DNA from: Candidatus Limnocylindria bacterium
GTDB taxonomy: Bacteria > Desulfobacterota > Deferrimicrobia > Deferrimicrobiales > Deferrimicrobiaceae
Reading direction: 5' to 3'
Length of the DNA stretch: 47,662 nucleotides
NCBI GenBank assembly: GCA_035464915.1
Contig: DATHRT010000109.1
Span: 1 to 47,662, forward strand
Below are positions 42,665 to 47,662 of the stretch, in pieces (the stretch's first letter is position 1; each line of letters starts with the position of its first letter). The notes below the pieces were generated by a model. That model did not search any database, was not told where the DNA came from, and worked only from the letters and a program-made list of their open reading frames with translations. Position numbers and translations under genes: made by a program.

Positions 42665-43839
42665 GGTCTGCTTGGTCTCCTGATTTGAGATATGATGCGG
42701 GACGCCTCTTCCCTTGCCTCTTCGTCTACGCGGAGCACATTCTTTAGGGTAACAGGCCTTTTGTCCCTGCGCCAGGCCGCCATCATGGCCTCTCCTACCC
42801 TCACGATGTCCGTGAAGCGGATTCGCCCCTTGAGAAACGCATCGACCGCCACCTCGTTTGCCGCGTTGAGCATTGCGGGCGCAGTTCCCCCGGATGCGGC
42901 AACGGCGTACGCCAATGGGAGGGCCGGAAATCTCTTCCTGTCTGGGGGCTCGAAGGCCCAGCCATCCATTCGATGCGGGAGCAGCCGGGGCAGTTCCAAC
43001 GGGAGCCGCTCGGGATACGACAGGGCGTATCCTACGGGGATCCGCATGTCGGGGACGCCCAATTGCGCGATCAGGCTGCCGTCCCGGTACTCCACCATCG
43101 AGTGCACGATCGACTGGGGGTGGATGAGGACGTCGATCTTGTCCGGGGGAAGATCGAAGAGCCACGTGGCCTCGATCACCTCGAATCCCTTGTTCATCAA
43201 GGTGGCGGAGTCGATCGAGATCTTCGCACCCATCCGCCATACGGGGTGCCCGAGCGCCTCCTCCACCGTCGCGCGGCGCATCTGCCGGAAGGTACGATTA
43301 CGGAAAGGTCCCCCCGAGGCCGTGAGAATAATCCGGGAGATGTCCTCCTTCCTGTGCCCCTCGATCGCCTGGAATACCGCGGAGTGCTCGCTGTCGACGG
43401 GAAGGATTTCGCCCCCTCCCGTCCTCGCGGCTTCCACGAGGAACTTCCCCGCCATCACAAGAAGTTCCTTGTTCGCCAGGGCAATCCGTTTTCCCTTCCG
43501 GGCGGCCTCGATAACGGGGCGGATGGACGTCACTCCGGCGGCGGCGGCCAGGACGATGTCCGTTCCCTCGGCGCAGGCCACCTCGGACATCCCCTCCTCC
43601 CCGTACAGGACGCGCGTTCCGGCGGGGAGACGCCCCAGTCGGGAGACGGGCACCTCCTCGGAAAGACACACGACGGGAGGGCGGAAACGGCGTGCCTGCC
43701 TGGTGAGCTCCGCTACGTTCTTTCCCGCGCAAAGCGCGGTCACCCGGAACCTCTTCGGAAATTTCGCGATCACATCGAGGGCGTTCCGGCCTACCGAGCC
43801 GGTGGAACCCAGAACGGCTACTCCTCTGGCCGTTCTCAT
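42661..43839 (-). CDS. dxr: 1-deoxy-D-xylulose 5-phosphate reductoisomerase
   Basis: Track ORF, 392 aa. VLGSTGSVG and LANKE..VDSEHSA. Confidence 0.95.
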   Translation of the reverse strand: MRTARGVAVLGSTGSVGRNALDVIAKFPKRFRVTALCAGKNVAELTRQARRFRPPVVCLSEEVPVSRLGRLPAGTRVLYGEEGMSEVACAEGTDIVLAAAAGVTSIRPVIEAARKGKRIALANKELLVMAGKFLVEAARTGGGEILPVDSEHSAVFQAIEGHRKEDISRIILTASGGPFRNRTFRQMRRATVEEALGHPVWRMGAKISIDSATLMNKGFEVIEATWLFDLPPDKIDVLIHPQSIVHSMVEYRDGSLIAQLGVPDMRIPVGYALSYPERLPLELPRLLPHRMDGWAFEPPDRKRFPALPLAYAVAASGGTAPAMLNAANEVAVDAFLKGRIRFTDIVRVGEAMMAAWRRDKRPVTLKNVLRVDEEAREEASRIISQIRRPSRP

Positions 43840-44651
43840 CCCGCCCCCCCCGCAAGCGGTGCGAGCAGCGCAAGCAGGTACAGCACCGGCCCTGCAGAGA
43901 TGACGGCGTCCGCCCGGTCGAACATCCCCCCGTGTCCCGGCAGGAGCGTGCCGCTGTCCTTCACCCCCGCAGCGCGCTTGAGAAGCGATTCAAAGAGATC
44001 TCCGGCCTGCCCCGCGATCCCTGTCAGCGCAGAGACGAGGGAAACAAACCAGGAGGGAACCTGGGGGAGGAACAGAGCTCCGTAGACAGTACCCAGAATG
44101 ATGCTCGCCGCCAGCCCCCCGAGGGCACCCTCAACCGTCTTGTTGGGGGAGATGCCCGGCGAAAGACGAAGCTTCCCGATCCCCTTTCCGACAAAATAGG
44201 CGAAGATATCCCCCGCGAAGACCACCAGGAGACCCAGGAAGACCCAGCGCTCCCCGGACGGGAGCGCGATGGTACGGGGATAGGTGGACAGGAATCCTCC
44301 GATGTAGATCGCGCCGAGCGTCGCAAGCGCTATTTTCCGCGCCATCTCTGCGTGGGACTTCTCGCCTGCCGGGAAAAGAAACGCTCCCAGAGAGACGCAG
44401 CACAGCACGGCCGCCACCGTCGCCTGGAACGGCAGCAGAATGCCGGAGAGATAGACCAGAACGGCCATCACCACGCCGGACCACCTGTCCCGGGCGGAAG
44501 AGAAGAAGAACCGGAAATACTCTCGGGAGCAGAGAATGGTTACCGCACCCACCAGCAGCGCGAAGGGCCAACCCTTTCCGATCATCACTACCCCCACGAG
44601 GGGGGGAAGCAGCAAGACGGCGGTGAGAATCCGTTTCCCGAGCACGGTCAC
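43836..44651 (-). CDS. cdsA: Phosphatidate cytidylyltransferase
   Basis: Track ORF, 271 aa, GTG start. C-terminal signature SLLKRAAGVKDSGTLLPGHGGMFDR. Confidence 0.85.
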   Translation of the reverse strand: MTVLGKRILTAVLLLPPLVGVVMIGKGWPFALLVGAVTILCSREYFRFFFSSARDRWSGVVMAVLVYLSGILLPFQATVAAVLCCVSLGAFLFPAGEKSHAEMARKIALATLGAIYIGGFLSTYPRTIALPSGERWVFLGLLVVFAGDIFAYFVGKGIGKLRLSPGISPNKTVEGALGGLAASIILGTVYGALFLPQVPSWFVSLVSALTGIAGQAGDLFESLLKRAAGVKDSGTLLPGHGGMFDRADAVISAGPVLYLLALLAPLAGGAG

Positions 44652-45403
44652 AAGTCGTTCGGGGAACGTTTCCCCTCTTCCGCCGTCAGTCCGAAGCGGC
44701 GATCGCGGTGCGAATACTCCTCGAGGGCGGCGAGAAACTCCGGCTTCCCGAAATCAGGCCAAAGGACGTCGGTGAACACGAACTCCGCGTAAGCCGCCTG
44801 CCAAAGGAGGAAATTGCTGATTCGGACCTCCCCGCTGGTCCGGATCACCAGGTCGGGATCGGGAATCCCGGCCGTGTCCAGCCTTCCGGCGAAATCCTCG
44901 TCCGTAATCGACCCCGGAACGATCTTCCCCGCCGCCGCGTCCTCGGCCAGCATCCGGGCCGCCCGAACGATCTCGTGCCTCCCGGCATAGGACAGCGCCA
45001 GGGTGAGCGTCATGTCGCTGTTCTTCCCGGTGGCCGCCAGCGTCCGGTCGAGCACCCCGCGGACGTGGGGAGGAAGCTGCCAGATCTCTCCGATGACGTT
45101 CAGCCGGATCCCTTGCCGGTTGAGTTCGGGAAGCTCATTGATCAGAAACTCCCGGAGAAGCCCCATCAGGGTGGCCACCTCGGGCCGGGGGCGCCCCCAG
45201 TTTTCCGAGGAGAACGCGTACAGGGTGATGAAGGAGATGCCGATTTCCCGCGCGCACTCCACTACTGCCCGGACGGAGCGGATTCCCATCCGGTGCCCTT
45301 CCACACGAGGCAGCCCGCGAAGGCTGGCCCACCGTCCGTTTCCATCCATGATGATGGCCACGTGCCGCGGGAGGGCGGATGCAGGGGGTCCGCCGCTTTT
45401 CAT
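44648..45403 (-). CDS. uppS: Di-trans,poly-cis-undecaprenyl-diphosphate synthase
   Basis: Track ORF, 251 aa. HVAIIMDGNGRWA and IRTSGEVRISNFLLWQ. Confidence 0.9.
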   Translation of the reverse strand: MKSGGPPASALPRHVAIIMDGNGRWASLRGLPRVEGHRMGIRSVRAVVECAREIGISFITLYAFSSENWGRPRPEVATLMGLLREFLINELPELNRQGIRLNVIGEIWQLPPHVRGVLDRTLAATGKNSDMTLTLALSYAGRHEIVRAARMLAEDAAAGKIVPGSITDEDFAGRLDTAGIPDPDLVIRTSGEVRISNFLLWQAAYAEFVFTDVLWPDFGKPEFLAALEEYSHRDRRFGLTAEEGKRSPNDL

Positions 45404-45436
45404 GTAGGCTTGTCTTCGCGTCCCGGCGGAAGCGTC

Positions 45437-45603
45437 CTAGTGTACCGTCTCGTAAATAGCTTGACGCACCGAGAGCGTTGATGCGCCGCGCCGGCAAGGC
45501 GCGCGACTGAGGCATATGGTTGAGTATGGTGAAGAAGCGCAACGAAGCTGGCGCGGATGCAGCGACGCTCGAATGCCATTGTATTTGCGAGACGGTGCAC
45601 TAG
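45437..45603. repeat. Imperfect palindromic element of about 167 nt with 22-nt terminal inverted repeats
   Basis: CTAGTGTACCGTCTCGTAAATA (45437..45458) against TATTTGCGAGACGGTGCACTAG (45582..45603). Complementarity is 20/22 Watson-Crick, with the other two positions G-T. Interior segments also pair: CGAG(AG)CGT with ACGCTCG, and TGCGCCGCGCC with GGCGCGGATGCA (one bulged A). Lower GC than the flanking genes. The right arm contains the ferredoxin stop codon. Confidence 0.75.
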
Positions 45604-45764
45604 CCCTGGACGATGGCCCCGGTCGGGCAGGTCTCGACACAGGCAAGACACTCGGTGCATTCATCGGTCACCTTGTACTTCTCGCCCTCGACGATCGCTC
45701 CGGCCGGGCAGGCGTCCAAACAGGATCCGCAGGCGGTGCACTCGTCGTTGATGATGATGGCCAT
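45600..45764 (-). CDS. Small 2x[4Fe-4S] ferredoxin (54 aa)
   Basis: Absent from the ORF track because it is under 60 aa. Hand translation gives MAIIINDECTACGSCLDACPAGAIVEGEKYKVTDECTECLACVETCPTGAIVQG, with two CxxCxxCxxxCP clusters. The ATG follows AAGGAGG at 9-nt spacing, and the stop is TAG. Confidence 0.8.
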   Translation of the reverse strand: MAIIINDECTACGSCLDACPAGAIVEGEKYKVTDECTECLACVETCPTGAIVQG

Positions 45765-45821
45765 GCTGTGTTTCCTCCTTCTGCTGTTTACGCATGACGG
45801 AAATGGCCCGACGCGAAGCGT

Positions 45822-46376
45822 TCAGACCTCCATGATCTCCTGTTCCTTCGTCTTCAGGATCTCGTCGATCTTCTTGACGTAGCTGTCCGTCTCCTTCTGG
45901 ATCCGGTCCTGCCACCGCTTCATCTCATCCTCCGAGATCTCCTTCTTTTTTTCGCTCTCCTTGATCCGGTCGATCGAATCGCGCCGGATGTTCCGGACCG
46001 CGATCCGCGCTTCCTCAGCCATCTTTTTCACCACCTTGACGAGGTCCTTGCGCCGTTCCTCGGTCAGAGGGGGGATGGGAATGCGGACGATCTTCCCGTC
46101 GCTGGAGGGGTTGAGACCCAGGCCGCTCGCCTGGATTGCCCTTTCGATCGGACCGATCATCTTGGCGTCCCAGGGGGTGATCGTGATCAGCCTGCTCTCC
46201 GGGACAGAGAGGGTGCCGACCTGCGCCAGCGGAGTGAGGGTCCCGTAATAGTCCACCTTGATCCCGTCCAGGAGGGAAAAAGACGCTCTCCCCGTCCGGA
46301 TCTTCCCCAGTTCTTTCCGGAAGGCGTCGATGGATCTCGCCATCTTCCCGCCCGTGTCCTTGGACAGTGCTTCCAC
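45822..46376 (-). CDS. frr: Ribosome recycling factor
   Basis: Track ORF 45822..46487 trimmed to GTG 46376 (184 aa, family-typical). This start shares 1 nt with the pyrH stop. Motif RTGRASFSLLDGIKVDYYG. Confidence 0.9.
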   Translation of the reverse strand: MEALSKDTGGKMARSIDAFRKELGKIRTGRASFSLLDGIKVDYYGTLTPLAQVGTLSVPESRLITITPWDAKMIGPIERAIQASGLGLNPSSDGKIVRIPIPPLTEERRKDLVKVVKKMAEEARIAVRNIRRDSIDRIKESEKKKEISEDEMKRWQDRIQKETDSYVKKIDEILKTKEQEIMEV

Positions 46377-47101
46377 TAGTGACCTCCCCGGACCACGGTG
46401 CCGATCTTCTCCCCCATGACCACCCTCCGGATGTTCCCCCTCTTCGTCAGATTGAATACGACGATCGGAAGGTCGTTGTCCATGCACAGGGATATCGCCG
46501 TGGCGTCCATCACCTTGAGGTTTCTCTGCAGGACATCGATGTAGGTAAGCTCCTTGAATTTTTTCGCTTTCTTATGGAGCAGCGGGTCCTTGTCATACAC
46601 CCCGTCGACCCGGGTGGCCTTCAGAATGGCGTCCGAGTTGATCTCCATCGCGCGGAGGGCAGCGGCGGTGTCCGTCGTGAAGTACGGGTTGCCGGTGCCC
46701 GCGGCAAAAATGACCACTCTTCCTTTTTCCAGGTGCCGCAGGGCGCGCCGCCGGATGTACGGCTCGGCGATCGCCCGCATCTCGATCGCGGAGAGGACAC
46801 GCGTCATCACGCCGTCGCGCTCCATCCTCTCCTGCAACGCCAGGCTATTGATGACGGTCGCAAGCATCCCCATGTAGTCGGCGGAGGCGCGGTCGATACC
46901 GTACTCGCGGCTCGTCTGTATCCCCCGAAAGATGTTCCCGCCTCCCACCACCAGGGCGACCTGGACGCCCAGGGAGGTGATTTCCCGGATCTCCTTCGAC
47001 AGGCCCGCGAGGATGCCTTCATCGATCCCGTACGCATGTTTGCCCAAGAGGGCCTCGCCCGACAGCTTCAGCAGGATGCGTCGGTACACCGGTTTTCCCA
47101 C
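46376..47101 (-). CDS. pyrH: UMP kinase
   Basis: Track ORF, 241 aa, GTG start after [18 protein letters not shown] and [10 protein letters not shown]. Confidence 0.95.
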   Translation of the reverse strand: MGKPVYRRILLKLSGEALLGKHAYGIDEGILAGLSKEIREITSLGVQVALVVGGGNIFRGIQTSREYGIDRASADYMGMLATVINSLALQERMERDGVMTRVLSAIEMRAIAEPYIRRRALRHLEKGRVVIFAAGTGNPYFTTDTAAALRAMEINSDAILKATRVDGVYDKDPLLHKKAKKFKELTYIDVLQRNLKVMDATAISLCMDNDLPIVVFNLTKRGNIRRVVMGEKIGTVVRGGH

Positions 47102-47175
47102 GGAACCTCCGATAGGTTAGCGGGTACACTCCTTGTGTTTTTCGGCGACAAGAACAGGAGTGTCCCCGCCCATAC

Positions 47176-47662
47176 TCATCCCCGGTTCAGCTGCTTCGCC
47201 ACTTCCGCGGCCAGATCGTCGGAACGCTTCGTAAGCCCCTCCCCCACCTGGAAACGGGCGAACCGGCCGACGCGCACGGCGACTCCCCTTTTCGCGGCCA
47301 TCTCCTTCAGCAGGTCGTTCACGGTGCGTTCGGGATCCTTGATAAAGGACTGCTCCAACAGGCAGAAATCGCCGTAGTACTTCTCGAGTTTTCCCTCGGC
47401 GATACGGTCCAGGATCTTCTCCGGCTTCCCCGCAGCGATCGCCTGCTCGCGATAGATCGCCTTCTCCCGCTCGACCGCCGCCGCCGGGACATCCTCCCGG
47501 GAAACGTACAGAGGGTTCGCTGCGGCGACCTGCATCGCCATGTCCTTGCCGAGCGCAACGAACTCCGCGTCGTCCGGCCCTGCGCCGAGGAGCTCCACCA
47601 GAACCCCGATCTTCCCCCCCGCGTGGATATAGGGAACGGTCACCCCACTGGCTCCCGCCGGC
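47176..47662 (-). CDS. tsf: Elongation factor Ts, C-terminal part (gene continues beyond the right edge)
   Basis: Track ORF 47176..47643 is open to the window end. GKIGVLVEL, MQVAAANPLYVS and KPEKILDRIAEGKLEKYY are EF-Ts core and C-terminal motifs. The tsf-pyrH-frr order is canonical. Confidence 0.9.
   Translation of the reverse strand, partial: PAGASGVTVPYIHAGGKIGVLVELLGAGPDDAEFVALGKDMAMQVAAANPLYVSREDVPAAAVEREKAIYREQAIAAGKPEKILDRIAEGKLEKYYGDFCLLEQSFIKDPERTVNDLLKEMAAKRGVAVRVGRFARFQVGEGLTKRSDDLAAEVAKQLNRG

Noticed and set aside
45400-45576. 59-codon minus-strand ORF (MAFERRCIRASFVALLHH...) in the fdx-uppS spacer, whose TGA overlaps the uppS ATG
   Set aside because: Third-position GC is much lower than in neighbouring genes, and it uses rare AGA, AGG and CTA codons. 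There is no Shine-Dalgarno sequence, and the product is basic and low-information. The region is better explained by the palindromic element. The plus-strand ORF 45516..45797 is antisense to the ferredoxin gene.

Overview
GC-rich (roughly two-thirds G+C by eye), very gene-dense chromosomal core segment of a Gram-negative-type bacterium (Lpt and Kdo envelope genes are present). I call 54 CDS, 52 on the minus strand and only lptF-lptG on plus. Two are cut by the window edges: rho at the left and tsf at the right. Gene order along the minus strand, right to left: tsf-pyrH-frr-(54-aa ferredoxin)-uppS-cdsA-dxr-rseP-tsaB-DUF465 | ilvD-ilvB-ilvN-ilvC-psd-pssA-leuC-leuD-leuB-asd | truA-rplM-rpsI | argC-kdsB-pyrG-kdsA-kdsD-kdsC-lptC-lptA-lptB-rpoN-hpf-ptsN-hprK-rapZ-PTS(Man-family IIA, IIB, IIC, IID)-ptsH-ptsI-metK-ahcY. 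Then come the convergent lptF-lptG, then ribF-htrA-(88 aa)-rluD-pgeF-(degenerate GGDEF)-rho. I saw no rRNA, tRNA, CRISPR, transposase or integrase, toxin-antitoxin or recognisable defence genes. The long plus-strand ORFs in the track are antisense shadow ORFs typical of high-GC DNA. The track also uses GTG and TTG as starts and often over-extends N-termini, so I trimmed several. Honest assessment: this is an ordinary housekeeping region and I see no convincing novel multi-gene system. The signals the gene map does not explain are non-coding. (i) A 105-nt GC-rich repeat with a conserved-stem, variable-loop hairpin occurs three times in intergenic DNA; two near-identical copies in inverted orientation bracket asd-leuB-leuD and split leuC from leuD. 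(ii) A roughly 167-nt imperfect palindrome with 22-nt terminal inverted repeats lies between the ferredoxin gene and uppS. (iii) A terminator-like hairpin with a U7 tract lies only about 30 nt upstream of the ilvD start codon. Protein-level curiosities are a GGDEF protein with a dead active site but a retained RxxD site, a full mannose-family PTS permease inside the rpoN-ptsN-hprK-rapZ cluster, a ferredoxin gene too short for the ORF track, and an 88-aa orphan. The synteny resembles what I remember of Geobacter/Desulfuromonadota-type genomes; that is inference from memory only.
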